A stretch of 64,000 bases of DNA from an uncultured Candidatus Saccharibacteria bacterium (GTDB taxonomy: Bacteria > Patescibacteriota > Minisyncoccia > Phycocordibacterales > UBA918), in the NCBI GenBank assembly GCA_964350735.1, contig CAYGKO010000001.1, positions 115,339 through 179,338 on the forward strand, in the 5' to 3' direction. A program made the translations under genes and the position numbers. The first letter of the stretch is position 1; each line of letters opens with the position of its first letter. Below are positions 8,651 through 19,448 of the stretch, piece by piece. Under the pieces are notes generated by a model that saw nothing but the letters and a program-made list of their open reading frames with translations, was not told the origin of the DNA and ran no database searches.

Positions 8651-9382
8651 ATGCTCCCCCCTTCCCTAACCCACGCCATCTCAACCGCCACCGACGGCAA
8701 TATGGGCCTGCGTTTTGGTACTGAAGCAGAAGTCACTCTAAACAGAAAGACGTGGCTTACGAAGCAAAATATTGACCCCAACCAAGTCTGCTTAATGGAC
8801 GTTGCTCACGAAGCCGACATCTTCGATGTGACTAAAGAAAACTTTGAACCCAATATGCGACCCGTCTGTGACGTCCTCGTGATTCAAGAACCAAACCTTG
8901 CCCTGATGCTCCTCACTGCCGACTGCCTGCCGGTCACTATCTACGATCCGGTCACCACCACCATCGCCCTTGGTCACTTTAACCGGCACAATATTCCCTT
9001 TGAAATCGCTAAGAAGACTATCACTCATTTAGTAGAACACTACGGCAGCAACCCAGCGGACCTACTCATTCACATTGGTCCCTGCATCAGCGCAGATTCA
9101 TACCGCTTCCCCCTCCCACTTCAACAAGAACCCCCACCTGCCACAAAGCCGTACGTAAAAATTAAAGATAACCACGCTCATGTCGACGTCACCCGCGCGC
9201 ATGTCGATGCACTACTTGAAGTTGGCGTGCCAGAAAAACAAATCACCCTCCCCACCATCGACACTGCCACTCACCCCAACTACTACTCCCACTTCGCCAC
9301 CAAACAACTCGAAACCAAACCAGACGGCCGCTTTGCAACGGTCGTGCTACGAAAAATCCTACAGGATCAACACCCCATCTAA
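8651..9382 (+). CDS. YfiH/PgeF (DUF152, laccase-domain) family protein
   Basis: LTADCLPV and ALGHFNRHN blocks resemble the conserved Cys/His motifs of PgeF/YfiH; 243 aa. Confidence 0.5.
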   Translation: MLPPSLTHAISTATDGNMGLRFGTEAEVTLNRKTWLTKQNIDPNQVCLMDVAHEADIFDVTKENFEPNMRPVCDVLVIQEPNLALMLLTADCLPVTIYDPVTTTIALGHFNRHNIPFEIAKKTITHLVEHYGSNPADLLIHIGPCISADSYRFPLPLQQEPPPATKPYVKIKDNHAHVDVTRAHVDALLEVGVPEKQITLPTIDTATHPNYYSHFATKQLETKPDGRFATVVLRKILQDQHPI

Positions 9383-9987
9383 ACCTCCACACACGGTGCA
9401 ATTCTTTCGATAGTGTGAATACCAAGTCGCTCAAGTTCTGCAGCGAAGGCCTCAGAAATGAAGAAGCCTTTGGCGACTACCTGACCAATATCCAGCCAAA
9501 CATGACGCCGCCCTACTCGGCTCTTCTTAACATGGAATTCCAATTCAGGAATCTGACTGTAATTGAAACAATATCGACCGTCTTCTAGAAAACTGTGTTC
9601 CACATGATTTCCCGAACCAAAGACAATGGCATCTACGGGTCCAACTAGATTCATAAAATAATATTCATCGATCACTGGGCCGGTCTTCGATTTACGCAGT
9701 GATACTGGATGGAAGATGGTTGGTGTAGGCTCCCATTTTTCAACTAGTGTCCGGAGCTCCTTTGACACGATAGGGATGCCGTCGCAGGCCATGGTTAAAT
9801 GTGAGAGTACTTTTCGTGGCTTACGAAGATAAAGCTCATTTGGCAGACATCCTAATTCTAAGGGAACCCCAGCTCGCGCGCTGTCAGAGTATTTCACAAT
9901 TTCTGCACTCGTACGTGAATCGTCGGGCATTCGTGAAAGAGGGACAGAACCTGATCCTGAGTATGCCCCACTAACAAACCAAGCCAT
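9379..9987 (-). CDS. Hypothetical protein
   Basis: 202 aa, no recognisable motif. Confidence 0.4.
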   Translation of the reverse strand: MAWFVSGAYSGSGSVPLSRMPDDSRTSAEIVKYSDSARAGVPLELGCLPNELYLRKPRKVLSHLTMACDGIPIVSKELRTLVEKWEPTPTIFHPVSLRKSKTGPVIDEYYFMNLVGPVDAIVFGSGNHVEHSFLEDGRYCFNYSQIPELEFHVKKSRVGRRHVWLDIGQVVAKGFFISEAFAAELERLGIHTIERIAPCVEV

Positions 9988-10104
9988 GTTCCACCTGACT
10001 GATTACTACTGTTGATTGTGCTATTTTCATACTCTCAGTGTAATACAAACGTCTACATAATTTAATAAAAACTCTGTCTCGTTGTTGCAGCAATGATTAG
10101 GTGA

Positions 10105-10806
10105 TTACAATTTCAACAACCACCGCTCCAATCCTTCATTAATATCAACCACTCCCCCATGACCATCGTGATAGAGCGTAAGGAGGGAGAGTGAGAGTGA
10201 TTCTAGTTCGCCGTCTTTGAAGGTACTGAGTGCGCGTTTGGCTTTGTTGTAGGGGAAATCTTTCATACCAGCTTCACTGGCTGAACTGGTAAGTTTGGCG
10301 AGCCGGAGTGACTTGAGTTGCCACCATAGAATACCAATCAGTTCCTCAGCACTTTGCCCAGCTGCGACCGCCTCTTGGTAGATCAGCCAGAGGGATTTTT
10401 TATCTTTCTTGGCGAGTGCGTCAGCAATGGCGAAGCTGTTGAAACGCTCCCCGGCAGCTGCTTTATACTCGGTCATCTCAGCCGCGTGTTTGGCCCACTG
10501 CTTTTTAGCCGCTGCTAGTAGGGCCCCTTCGATCACCACGAACTGGGTACTCGAAGTCGCAAGCACTTCAAGGACATCTATACATTCAGTATTAAAATCA
10601 GCACTACTACTTGGAGTATCAATCAGATAGACTGTCTCTCCACCAAAGAGCGATGTCGCTCCCGCTGCATCGCGGAGCATGCCGGACTGCCAAGTGTCGC
10701 TGTCAATTAGTTCCACTGTCGCCCCCTTATCTTCGAGCGGCTCTACAAAAGTAAAAGCAGCTTGTCGAACTTTGATGGTGTCGTTGCCGTAAAAAACCTG
10801 TAACAT
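10105..10806 (-). CDS. holA: DNA polymerase III delta subunit-like (HolA)
   Basis: Size and pattern (VYLIDTPSS..., C-terminal helical GILWWQLKSLRLAK) are consistent with HolA; moderate. Confidence 0.5.
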   Translation of the reverse strand: MLQVFYGNDTIKVRQAAFTFVEPLEDKGATVELIDSDTWQSGMLRDAAGATSLFGGETVYLIDTPSSSADFNTECIDVLEVLATSSTQFVVIEGALLAAAKKQWAKHAAEMTEYKAAAGERFNSFAIADALAKKDKKSLWLIYQEAVAAGQSAEELIGILWWQLKSLRLAKLTSSASEAGMKDFPYNKAKRALSTFKDGELESLSLSLLTLYHDGHGGVVDINEGLERWLLKL

Positions 10807-10815
10807 ATCCTTATT

Positions 10816-11199
10816 ATGAACTATCTTGCCTATCTATTAAACCTACCGTGGTCACTACTTGGATTGTGTAACGCATTTTTTTCTATTCCGGTTAGGATTC
10901 AGATCAAAAAAAATGCTTTGGTTTTTCATTCTCAATGTTGTGGACTAGTCCATTTTTACGCTCCAAAAGCAAAAGGGGTTACCCTTGGAAATATAATAAT
11001 CGTAAAAAAATCTGCACCTCAAAATATTACTAATCATGAATTAATTCATATAGAACAAGCTATGCGTGAGCCTTTTTTGTTTCAAATATTATATATTGTT
11101 GAACTACTACGGAAAGGTTACTGGAAAAATAAATATGAGATTGAAGCCTATAATCGTTCAAACTCTTGGCCACCCACAAATGGCCCGCGCAACGATTAA
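10816..11199 (+). CDS. Small HExxH-motif protein (putative mini zinc-metallopeptidase)
   Basis: HELIHIEQ...(20 aa)...EIEAY fits HExxH plus a downstream Glu; AT-rich gene convergent with polA. Confidence 0.3.
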   Translation: MNYLAYLLNLPWSLLGLCNAFFSIPVRIQIKKNALVFHSQCCGLVHFYAPKAKGVTLGNIIIVKKSAPQNITNHELIHIEQAMREPFLFQILYIVELLRKGYWKNKYEIEAYNRSNSWPPTNGPRND

Positions 11200-13583
11200 A
11201 GAGACTTGAGTTCTAACCAATTATCTCCCACTGACACATCTACCTTAATCGGCACGCCGTGGGTTTCTTTTCCTTCTAGTACTTCTTCCATCAGCTGCAC
11301 AATCTCCTTGATTGTTTTATCCAAAATCTTTTCATCAATCTCAAATACTAATTCGTCGTGTACTTGTAATAAAATCTTGGCTTGACCATTGGTTTTTTGT
11401 AGCGCTTCATGCACGCGGATCATGGCGATACGCATGATGTCAGCCGCGGTCCCCTGCACCGGGGCGTTGATTGCCATTCGCTCGGCGGCAGCGCGAATAA
11501 ACGGCGCACCGGAGCTGATCCCGGGGAAATGTCGACGACGACAAAAAAGCGTTTCAGTATAGCCGTGCTCGCGCGCGAAGGCTTTAGTCTCTTCGAGATA
11601 CTCAGCCAGCCTGGTGAAGGTATTGAAGTAAGCATTAAGGAATTCTTGCGCTTCTTCGCGTGTTGTCTCATCACCGAGATTTCCCCGTAAGGCATTTACA
11701 CCCATACCATAGAGGATGCCGAAATTAATCACTTTAGCGTGACGGCGCATATTCTTCGTCACTTCAGTCGCCGGCACATTAAAGACTTGAGCGGCTACTC
11801 CCTCGTGGACATCCGTCCCGCTTTTAAAAATCTCAATCATTTTTTTATCACCCGAGAGAATCGCTGCAATCCGCAATTCAATCTGTGAATAATCAATCGC
11901 TACCAACTTACTCCCTGGCACTGCCACAAATCCCTTACGCACCGCTCGTCCTTCTTCGGTGCGGATTGGGATATTCTGTAAGTTTGGACTTTGGCTCGCC
12001 ATTCGGCCCGTCGCCGCTCCAGTTTGGATGAACGTCGTTCGCAGCCGTCCATCAGCGCTCACCATCTCTGGAATGTTGTCGACGTACGTCGAGACTAACT
12101 TTTGTAATTCTCGATAACGTAAAATATCGGCAATGATGGGGTGATCGTCTTTCATTTTCTCCAGCTCGCTCTCACGGGTTGAGCGCTGACCGCCGGCGGT
12201 CTTCTTTTGGTTTTTTGGTTTGAGCTCTAAAGTATCAAATAAAATCTCGCCCATCTGCTTGGGGGAATTGATATTGAATTCTGTCCCAGCGTGCGTATAA
12301 ATACTTTTCTCTAGCTTAGTCAGTTCTTTGTGTAGTTGTTTTGAAAAGGTTTTGAAATAGTCGACATCAAGAATCACGCCGGTGGCATTAATGTCAGTCA
12401 AAACCGAGAGGAGTGGTTCTTCAATCTCAGTAAATAGTTCAGACAAACCTTGCTCTTTTACTAAAATCTCTAGCTGTTTAGTAATCTCAGTAAAATCAGT
12501 GGTATTGAAATACGACCGGCCGTAGTCGACAATATCATCGTACGATGCATTCGTGCGTTCACTCTCAACCAGCCATAACAACACTGCTGTGCGCGCCACC
12601 GCCTTGTCACTAACGCCACTCCCCACTTGGTCGACCGATACTTCTTCGGAGATATCGAGCACGTGCTTAATCCGCGTCGCTAAGGTACGGAAGCCAAGCT
12701 CACTAAAGAGTGAGAGAGTGGCTTCGCCGTCAGCGGCTTCCTTCCAACTTTGAGTCGGTAGCTCATAGATGATCGGGGCATCAAGTCGGATGGTCGCGAG
12801 CATCTTGGAGAACATCGCGTCCTCTTCGTGTTCACGCAGTAAATTAATAATCCGAGGCTTGATACCCACCGCTGCCAACTTCTCATCGCCATTTTTCTGC
12901 GCCAGGGTTTTGTAAAGCTTCTCTAATGTCCCAAAGTTCACAATTAAATCCGTTCCACCCTTCTCCCCAATCCCCGGCACCCCTGGGATATTGTCTGACG
13001 GATCACCGCGTAGACCTTTGTAGTCAGGAATGAGGGTCGGCCCAAAGCCAAACCGCTCTTTCACGGCTGCTTCGTCGTACATGACAGTATCTTTAATCCC
13101 CTTGCGGAGCGTATAAACCTGCACTCGTTTCTTATCAACACACTGCATCGTATCCATATCACCGGAAGCAATAATGATGGTCATGTCTTTATTATCCTTC
13201 AGTTGGTGTGCGATGGTACCGAGCATGTCGTCAGCTTCAAAACCAACGTGCTCATACAAGGGAATCCCTAATACTTTAAAAATATCCCGTGAGCGATCGA
13301 TCTGCTTCACCAGTGAGTCATCCGTCTTCTGTCGACCAGCTTTGTAGTCCTTGAAGGCTTCGTGGCGGTAGGTTGGCTCAGGCAAATCAAAACAAGCGGC
13401 GATGTAATCAGGCTTCAACTCTTCCACAATCGACAAAATCATCGCCACCACTCCATACAGCGCTCCGGTTGGTTCCCCGCTTGGTGAACTGAAGTCCGGC
13501 AAGGCGTGATAGGCTCGGTGCAAAATTGCGTGGGAGTCGAGTAGTACCAAGGTCTTCTTTTGGTCGTCAGTTTTTTTAGGCAT
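11196..13583 (-). CDS. polA: DNA polymerase I
   Basis: 795 aa; N-terminal 5'-3' exonuclease (LVLLDSHAILHRAYHA), polymerase motifs (DYSQIELR, KxxNFGxxYG, QVHDELV). Confidence 0.9.
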   Translation of the reverse strand: MPKKTDDQKKTLVLLDSHAILHRAYHALPDFSSPSGEPTGALYGVVAMILSIVEELKPDYIAACFDLPEPTYRHEAFKDYKAGRQKTDDSLVKQIDRSRDIFKVLGIPLYEHVGFEADDMLGTIAHQLKDNKDMTIIIASGDMDTMQCVDKKRVQVYTLRKGIKDTVMYDEAAVKERFGFGPTLIPDYKGLRGDPSDNIPGVPGIGEKGGTDLIVNFGTLEKLYKTLAQKNGDEKLAAVGIKPRIINLLREHEEDAMFSKMLATIRLDAPIIYELPTQSWKEAADGEATLSLFSELGFRTLATRIKHVLDISEEVSVDQVGSGVSDKAVARTAVLLWLVESERTNASYDDIVDYGRSYFNTTDFTEITKQLEILVKEQGLSELFTEIEEPLLSVLTDINATGVILDVDYFKTFSKQLHKELTKLEKSIYTHAGTEFNINSPKQMGEILFDTLELKPKNQKKTAGGQRSTRESELEKMKDDHPIIADILRYRELQKLVSTYVDNIPEMVSADGRLRTTFIQTGAATGRMASQSPNLQNIPIRTEEGRAVRKGFVAVPGSKLVAIDYSQIELRIAAILSGDKKMIEIFKSGTDVHEGVAAQVFNVPATEVTKNMRRHAKVINFGILYGMGVNALRGNLGDETTREEAQEFLNAYFNTFTRLAEYLEETKAFAREHGYTETLFCRRRHFPGISSGAPFIRAAAERMAINAPVQGTAADIMRIAMIRVHEALQKTNGQAKILLQVHDELVFEIDEKILDKTIKEIVQLMEEVLEGKETHGVPIKVDVSVGDNWLELKSL

Positions 13584-14034
13584 TACGGAGCGTGATTAGA
13601 TGAGTTTCATTAGTAGTAGTCAGGTCAAGGTGAACTGTTGTTTTTGGTAGTAGAGCGTCTATTCTCTCCGCCCATTCAATTACTAGTATAGTCTCTGTTG
13701 AAGCCAGTAATTCACCAAAATGCATAACCCGCATCTCGTCAATATCTTCAATTCGATAGGCATCGATATGAATCAGCTGACTCAGTTGCTCGTCAGTCGT
13801 TTCATATCCTTTCATCACGACAAACGTTGGACTTACAACCATCTCTGTAACACCAAGTTGGCGAGCTAGTTCTTGCGTAAGTGTCGTCTTACCAGCACCA
13901 AGATCACCATGCAACGCCAAGACGGCGGCAGCGCCGCCGTCTTGGCGTTGCCGAACCAATGTTAAAATCTCACCCGCTACTTGTGGCACTTGTACGACTG
14001 AAGTCATTTCCCAACTTGTCATCTCTGTAGTCAT
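13576..14034 (-). CDS. tsaE: tRNA threonylcarbamoyladenosine biosynthesis protein TsaE (YjeE ATPase)
   Basis: LHGDLGAGKTTLTQELARQLGV...VSPTF; start at the internal ATG 14032-14034. Confidence 0.7.
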   Translation of the reverse strand: MTTEMTSWEMTSVVQVPQVAGEILTLVRQRQDGGAAAVLALHGDLGAGKTTLTQELARQLGVTEMVVSPTFVVMKGYETTDEQLSQLIHIDAYRIEDIDEMRVMHFGELLASTETILVIEWAERIDALLPKTTVHLDLTTTNETHLITLRNA

Positions 14035-15795
14035 ATGAGCATTGTACACTGGTGGTACAATAAGGACTATATGGCGCAGTTCAACGATAAATTTACTGAT
14101 GATCGGATGGATGAAATCCGACGTAAGGAAGAAGAACACCTGATTCAACAGTTAGCTACTCAATACGGCTACCAGTTTGTTGACCTGCAAGGTGTCACGA
14201 TTGATCCGCGCGCACTTAACAAAATCACTGAAACTGAAGCTATAGCGGCTAATGCGGTAGCGTTTGAACTTAAAAATAAGTTCCTTTCGGTGGCCATTCG
14301 TAACCCCAATAACGAAGCGACTAAAGCCCTCCTACAAAAACTGACCAACGACGGCTGGCAAGTGCAAGCAGTCATGACCTCTACGGCCGGACTCGAACAC
14401 GCCTGGAAGCGCTATCATGATCAGAAAAATACTACAGCGGTGAAGCGGGGTGTTCTTGATATCAACCCAGATCAAATCGGCGCCCTGATGGCCAAATTCA
14501 CCACTAAAGAAAATGTTCAAAAACACATTCTAGAAATCCGAACTTTGAACTCAGCCCGACGAGTATCGGAAACTCTCGAATCAATGTTCGCTGGTGCGCT
14601 GGCTCTTGGTGCTTCTGATATCCATATCGAACCAGAAGAAAATGGTATCCGACTGCGGTATCGTCTTGACGGTGTATTACATGATGTGATGGACTTAGAG
14701 CGTAAGATCTACGAGCGACTCATGTCTCGCTTGAAACTTCTGGCTGGAGTAAAACTTAATGTAAAAGATGAAGCCCAAGACGGACGTTTTACCTTTGAAA
14801 TTGGTGAGCGAGTAGTTGAGGTGCGCGCCTCAATCATTCCTGGTGCCGCTGGTGAATCCATGGTGATGCGACTCCTAGATCCATCAGTTGCCAGCTTCAG
14901 CATGGACACGCTTGGCCTTTCACCGATCATGCAAGAAATTATGGCAGCCGAACTGAAGCGCCCGAACGGCATGATTATTACCACTGGTCCGACTGGCTCA
15001 GGTAAAACCACTGCCCTCTACGCCTACCTGCAAGCGGCCCATACTTCCGAAGTGAAGATCATCACCATTGAAGACCCGGTGGAGTATAAACTCGACGATA
15101 TTGTGCAAACCCAGGTTGGTGAAGACTACACGTTCGCCTCCGGTCTCCGGGCCGTCCTCCGACAAGACCCTGACATCATCATGGTGGGTGAGATCCGTGA
15201 CCGTGAAGTAGCTGAGACTGCTGTGCACGCCGCGCAAACTGGTCACTTAGTATTCTCAACCCTTCATACCAACAGCGCCGTTGGTGCTTTCCCTCGCTTG
15301 ATTGACCTCGGTGTCGACTACCGTATTCTGGGGAGCGCTGTGAATATCATCCTCGGTCAACGATTAGTTCGTGTCCTCTGTGCTGATTGTAAAAAAGCTC
15401 GAGCTGCTACACCTGAAGAAATAACTGTCATCAAAGAAGTGCTTGGCGGCCACCCAGCTCCTCCAACGATCGACGAAATACCTACTATCTACGACCCCGG
15501 CGGCTGTGAAATATGTAGCCAAACTGGCTTTAAAGGTCGGGTCGCTGTGATGGAAGCTATTAAAGTAGATACTGCCGTAGAAGAAGCAGTGATCCGTGAC
15601 CCGCGCGAGCATGTTATTACTGAAGCCGCACGCGGCCAAGGTATTCCCACTATGGCCGAAGACGGAATCGAAAAAGTTATCACTGGCATCACCTCACTCT
15701 CCGAACTTGAACGAGTGGTTGATCTGTCTCACGTGCGGGGCGCTGCTCCAAAATCCGAAGTTGATGACGGTGGATTTTCAGACCACGTTATTTGA
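14035..15795 (+). CDS. pilB: Type IV pilus assembly ATPase PilB (GspE family)
   Basis: GPTGSGKTT Walker A, GEIRD, tetracysteine CxxC...CxxC zinc motif, HTNSA; 586 aa. Confidence 0.85.
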   Translation: MSIVHWWYNKDYMAQFNDKFTDDRMDEIRRKEEEHLIQQLATQYGYQFVDLQGVTIDPRALNKITETEAIAANAVAFELKNKFLSVAIRNPNNEATKALLQKLTNDGWQVQAVMTSTAGLEHAWKRYHDQKNTTAVKRGVLDINPDQIGALMAKFTTKENVQKHILEIRTLNSARRVSETLESMFAGALALGASDIHIEPEENGIRLRYRLDGVLHDVMDLERKIYERLMSRLKLLAGVKLNVKDEAQDGRFTFEIGERVVEVRASIIPGAAGESMVMRLLDPSVASFSMDTLGLSPIMQEIMAAELKRPNGMIITTGPTGSGKTTALYAYLQAAHTSEVKIITIEDPVEYKLDDIVQTQVGEDYTFASGLRAVLRQDPDIIMVGEIRDREVAETAVHAAQTGHLVFSTLHTNSAVGAFPRLIDLGVDYRILGSAVNIILGQRLVRVLCADCKKARAATPEEITVIKEVLGGHPAPPTIDEIPTIYDPGGCEICSQTGFKGRVAVMEAIKVDTAVEEAVIRDPREHVITEAARGQGIPTMAEDGIEKVITGITSLSELERVVDLSHVRGAAPKSEVDDGGFSDHVI

Positions 15796-15800
15796 AAGAC

Positions 15801-15848
15801 AAAAAACCAGCCGAATGTATAATTTGATACATCCGGCTGGTTTTTTTA
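15801..15848 (+). terminator. Intrinsic terminator after pilB
   Basis: aaaaaaccagccg...cggctggttttttt. Confidence 0.65.
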
Positions 15849-16200
15849 GTTGGGGTCAAGAGTGACTTCCAATATCTTATGTTATAGTCGGAAGGACTTC
15901 AGCCCTTTGGGAGAAAATCGAAATTTCGATCCAGCATATAATTCTCTAAGTAAGCTTTCGCATAGAAAGTGAATCTTGCACTAAGAGATACCCCAGTGCT
16001 CTCACTCAAAGGTGAGTACCACGGTACACTCGCAACAACACTCAGGTTACTTAGAGAATTATCGGCTTGATCAGACACCAAAAACGTCAGCTGGTCCCAG
16101 CTTTTAAAGCGATAATTTTATATTAAATTGTAATGAATAGGTGGGTGCTTTTCTTTGGCACCAGAACAACTTGTGTAAGATAATAGCACAGCTCAAATAT

Positions 16201-16230
16201 TTGTCAACCCTTTCACACCCTTTTTATAAT
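16201..16230 (+). promoter_or_regulatory. Sigma-70-like promoter upstream of ruvB (TTGTCA-18-TATAAT)
   Basis: ttgtca at 16201-16206, tataat at 16225-16230, ATG at 16248. Confidence 0.35.
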
Positions 16231-16247
16231 ATTGGTATACTACTCTC

Positions 16248-17234
16248 ATGACAGATACACCAAATACCTTCACCCGCGATGGCGCTGGTAACCTTGACCA
16301 AACCCTCCGACCGCAGACGTGGGAAGAATACGTCGGCCAGGCGAAGACCAAGGAAAACCTCCGCATCCTTCTCACCGCCGCCCGCGAACGAGGTCACGCA
16401 GCTGAGCACGTCTTACTCTATGGTCCCCCGGGCCTTGGGAAGACCACCCTCGCTCACCTGATCTCAAAGACCTTGGGCACTAACATGAAGACCACCTCTG
16501 GCCCCGCGATCGAGCGGGTCGGTGACTTGGCCGCTATCCTCACCAACCTCTCCCCGGGAGATGTCCTCTTTATTGACGAGATCCACCGGCTCAGCAAAAG
16601 CATCGAGGAAGTCCTCTACCCAGCCATGGAGTCGGGGGTGCTCGACATCATCATTGGAAAAGGCCCATCGGCTCGCACCGTCCAGCTTGAACTCCCCCCT
16701 TTTACTTTAGTCGCTGCTACCACACGCATCTCCCTACTCTCGGCACCGCTGCGATCTCGATTCTCTGGCGGAACTTTCCGGCTCGAGTTTTATAGCGAAG
16801 GAGAAATTGCTCAAATTTTAAAACGCTCAGCCGAACTACTAGAGATGGAAATAGTGTCTGAGGTATTACATGATATTTCTACCCGTTGCCGAGCTACCCC
16901 CCGAACCGCCAACTATCTTTTGAAGCGGTGCCGCGATATGGCGCAACTCGAAAAAGGCTCACTCAACCGTGATGTGGTGAACCGTACCTTTGCACTCCTT
17001 GAAATCGACACCTTGGGACTCGGCTCTCCAGACCGCGCCGTGCTTGAAGCCATCATTGGTAAATTTAATGGTGGTCCGGTCGGACTCAACACCATCGCCG
17101 CTGCTACCGGAGAGGAGCAGTCCACCATCGAAGACGTCATCGAACCCTACCTCATCCGCCAAGGCCTCCTCGAACGCACCCCCCGCGGCCGCGTCGCGAG
17201 TGCAGATGCCTACAGTCACATTCAATCCATATGA
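16248..17234 (+). CDS. ruvB: Holliday junction ATP-dependent DNA helicase RuvB
   Basis: [23 protein letters not shown], RuvB C-terminal winged helix; 328 aa. Confidence 0.9.
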   Translation: MTDTPNTFTRDGAGNLDQTLRPQTWEEYVGQAKTKENLRILLTAARERGHAAEHVLLYGPPGLGKTTLAHLISKTLGTNMKTTSGPAIERVGDLAAILTNLSPGDVLFIDEIHRLSKSIEEVLYPAMESGVLDIIIGKGPSARTVQLELPPFTLVAATTRISLLSAPLRSRFSGGTFRLEFYSEGEIAQILKRSAELLEMEIVSEVLHDISTRCRATPRTANYLLKRCRDMAQLEKGSLNRDVVNRTFALLEIDTLGLGSPDRAVLEAIIGKFNGGPVGLNTIAAATGEEQSTIEDVIEPYLIRQGLLERTPRGRVASADAYSHIQSI

Positions 17235-17602
17235 ATCAAGAGACCGGGCCACAACTGAAAACTCACGAACTTTTTGTAAAACAATGGATCCTTCCACATA
17301 TCGAAAGTGGTGCAAAAAAATACGAAGTTAGAATCGACGAACTTGATGCCGGAAAAGGCCGTCACCTCATTCAAGGAATCAATGTAGGTGACTTAATCAA
17401 ATTTAGGGACGGTTCAGAAAATACCGTAACTAAAGAAGTCGCTGCTATAACTAGACACTATAGTATGGAGGACTTTTTGGAAGAAGTAGACGAAAGTGAA
17501 GTCATGCCAGAAATGTCTCATGAAGAAATTTTAGAAAAATGGAATGAAATCACAGGTGGTAGAGAAAAAAATTTAGGTATAGTAGTATTTGAACTCAAAT
17601 AA
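17231..17602 (+). CDS. ASCH (PUA-like) domain protein
   Basis: G-x-K-x-x-E-x-R motif present as SGAKKYEVR; start overlaps the ruvB stop (ATGA). Confidence 0.5.
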   Translation: MNQETGPQLKTHELFVKQWILPHIESGAKKYEVRIDELDAGKGRHLIQGINVGDLIKFRDGSENTVTKEVAAITRHYSMEDFLEEVDESEVMPEMSHEEILEKWNEITGGREKNLGIVVFELK

Positions 17603-17608
17603 ACACAT

Positions 17609-18142
17609 ATGTCAGGACACAATAAATGGTCAAAGATCAAACACAAAAAAGCTGCCACCGATGCGGCGCGCAGTAAGGTATTTAGTAAGCATGCGGCGTA
17701 TATTGCGGTGGAGTCACGAAATGCAAATGGGGACGTGAACTCACCTGGGCTAGCGGCAGCGATCGAACGCGCGAAGAAAGACTCGATGCCGAAGGAGAAT
17801 ATTGAACGAGCGGTAGCGAAAGGTTCTGGTGCGGGTGGCGCTGCCTTGGAAGAAGTACTCTTTGAAGGCTATGGTCCTGGGGGCGTCGCGATCCTCATCT
17901 GTGCCGTGACTGACAACAACAACCGCACCGCTCCCGAAATCCGTCACATCTTCTCCAAAGCCGGCCTCGAGCTTGGTACCCCCGGCTCCGCCGCCTGGGC
18001 GTTTGAAAAGTCAGCTGACGGCTACGTCCCCACGACCCCTATGGAACTCGATGATGCAACTGGTGAAAAACTTGCCGAGTTTATCGAGAAGCTCGAAGAA
18101 AACGATGACATTACGGATGTCTACACTGCCGCGGATAATTAA
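17609..18142 (+). CDS. YebC/PmpR-family protein, short form (177 aa)
   Basis: MSGHNKWSKIKHKKAATDAARSKVFSKH... is the YebC N-terminus; shorter than the roughly 240 aa canonical form. Confidence 0.65.
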   Translation: MSGHNKWSKIKHKKAATDAARSKVFSKHAAYIAVESRNANGDVNSPGLAAAIERAKKDSMPKENIERAVAKGSGAGGAALEEVLFEGYGPGGVAILICAVTDNNNRTAPEIRHIFSKAGLELGTPGSAAWAFEKSADGYVPTTPMELDDATGEKLAEFIEKLEENDDITDVYTAADN

Positions 18143-18237
18143 GATTCCGAATAAAGATAGAAAAACGCTACCTATCAAAATCATTTTGATTGATTATTTT
18201 TGCAATAGGTGTTTTTATACCTCCAGGAGGAACAAGT

Positions 18238-18558
18238 ATGAAAAACTACCTACGTTGCGCGGTAGCCAATCGTGCAAACCTATCTGGATTCATAATCCTT
18301 ATTATGGGACTTGGGGGGATTCTTTTTCAGGAAAACATTTTCTTTTACCTAATGGCTGCTGTCGGTTTCTTACTAATGCTGCTATGTAAGTTTGGGCTAG
18401 GGACCTTAAATATTTTTCAAAGGACCCTGGAAATACTCGAACATGAAAAAGAAATAGAGTCGCACTGGAAAGAATGGAGCACATGGACATATTGTAATAG
18501 AGCTGGTTTTAAACTAGCTCTAAAAGATTGGGAGAAAAAAACGACTCATGGTAAGTGA
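18238..18558 (+). CDS. Hypothetical small membrane protein
   Basis: ATG preceded by GGAGGAACAAGT SD; two hydrophobic helices; AT-rich. Confidence 0.4.
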   Translation: MKNYLRCAVANRANLSGFIILIMGLGGILFQENIFFYLMAAVGFLLMLLCKFGLGTLNIFQRTLEILEHEKEIESHWKEWSTWTYCNRAGFKLALKDWEKKTTHGK

Positions 18559-18609
18559 AGCTTCTTGCATCATTTATGCGGGTCGTTTTACTTATGGTAC
18601 TCTCTAACT

Positions 18610-19080
18610 ATGAAAGTCTTAGCAGTAGACCCAGGATACGATCGGCTCGGAGTGGCCGTCATGGAACATGACGGCCAGAAGGAGATTTTGCATTACTCAG
18701 CTTGTATTGAAACCGACAAACAAGCTGAATTACCTGATCGCCTGCACACCCTCGGGGAAAAATTTGCCGACCTGCTTGAGACCCACAAGCCCGATTGCAT
18801 TGGGATAGAAACCCTCTTCTTTAATAAGAATGTGAAGACGGCGCTTGGTGTCGCTCACGCGCGTGGTATTTTGATCTACCTTGCTATAGCAGCTGGAGCT
18901 GAGGTGCGTGAGTTTGGTCCATCAGAAATAAAAGTCGCTGTTACTGGCTACGGCAAGAGCGACAAAAACGCGGTGATAGATATGGTGAAGCGCTTAGTAC
19001 CAAACGCCCCAGAAAAAGCCTTAGACGACGAGTACGACGCTATTGCTGTTGGCATTACCACCCTTGCGCACCACCGCTAG
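18610..19080 (+). CDS. ruvC: Crossover junction endodeoxyribonuclease RuvC
   Basis: MKVLAVDPGYDRLGVAV...IGIE...DAIAVGI catalytic acidic residues of RuvC; yebC-ruvC linkage. Confidence 0.8.
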   Translation: MKVLAVDPGYDRLGVAVMEHDGQKEILHYSACIETDKQAELPDRLHTLGEKFADLLETHKPDCIGIETLFFNKNVKTALGVAHARGILIYLAIAAGAEVREFGPSEIKVAVTGYGKSDKNAVIDMVKRLVPNAPEKALDDEYDAIAVGITTLAHHR

Positions 19081-19173
19081 ACCCTCTATAATCTCCCGGC
19101 AAGACTATAGTCTATTGCCAAACAAATCACACTTTGATACAAAGTAGCTATCTAATAATCAAGTTGTAACCGT

Positions 19174-19443
19174 ATGATCTTTTTTTCAGTATTTAAAAAT
19201 GATGACGAGGATGAAGTAGAAGAAGATGAAGATACTTCGATAGATGATTCTGCTCTAGAAGAGCTGACTGAAGACGAAGTAGATGATACTTCTGACACGG
19301 AAGGATTTGGCCAAATAGATGAAGAAGAGGTGAGTAAAAAAATCGCTAAGATTGAATCTGAAGATGAGGAAGATGAGGAGCCACTTGAAGAAGACGCGGA
19401 AGATGTTGACTTCGATACCTTCGATGATGTAGACGAGTTTTAA
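19174..19443 (+). CDS. Highly acidic small protein (Asp/Glu about 50%)
   Basis: 89 aa; function unknown. Confidence 0.35.
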   Translation: MIFFSVFKNDDEDEVEEDEDTSIDDSALEELTEDEVDDTSDTEGFGQIDEEEVSKKIAKIESEDEEDEEPLEEDAEDVDFDTFDDVDEF

Positions 19444-19448
19444 ACCAG

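Noticed and set aside
11409-15639. Numerous 60-120 aa antisense or out-of-frame ORFs inside polA, pilB, ruvB, the PBP, pcrA, the ABC transporter, comM and pnp
   Set aside because: Embedded in well-supported long genes, low-complexity translations, no start context; treated as ORF-finder noise.
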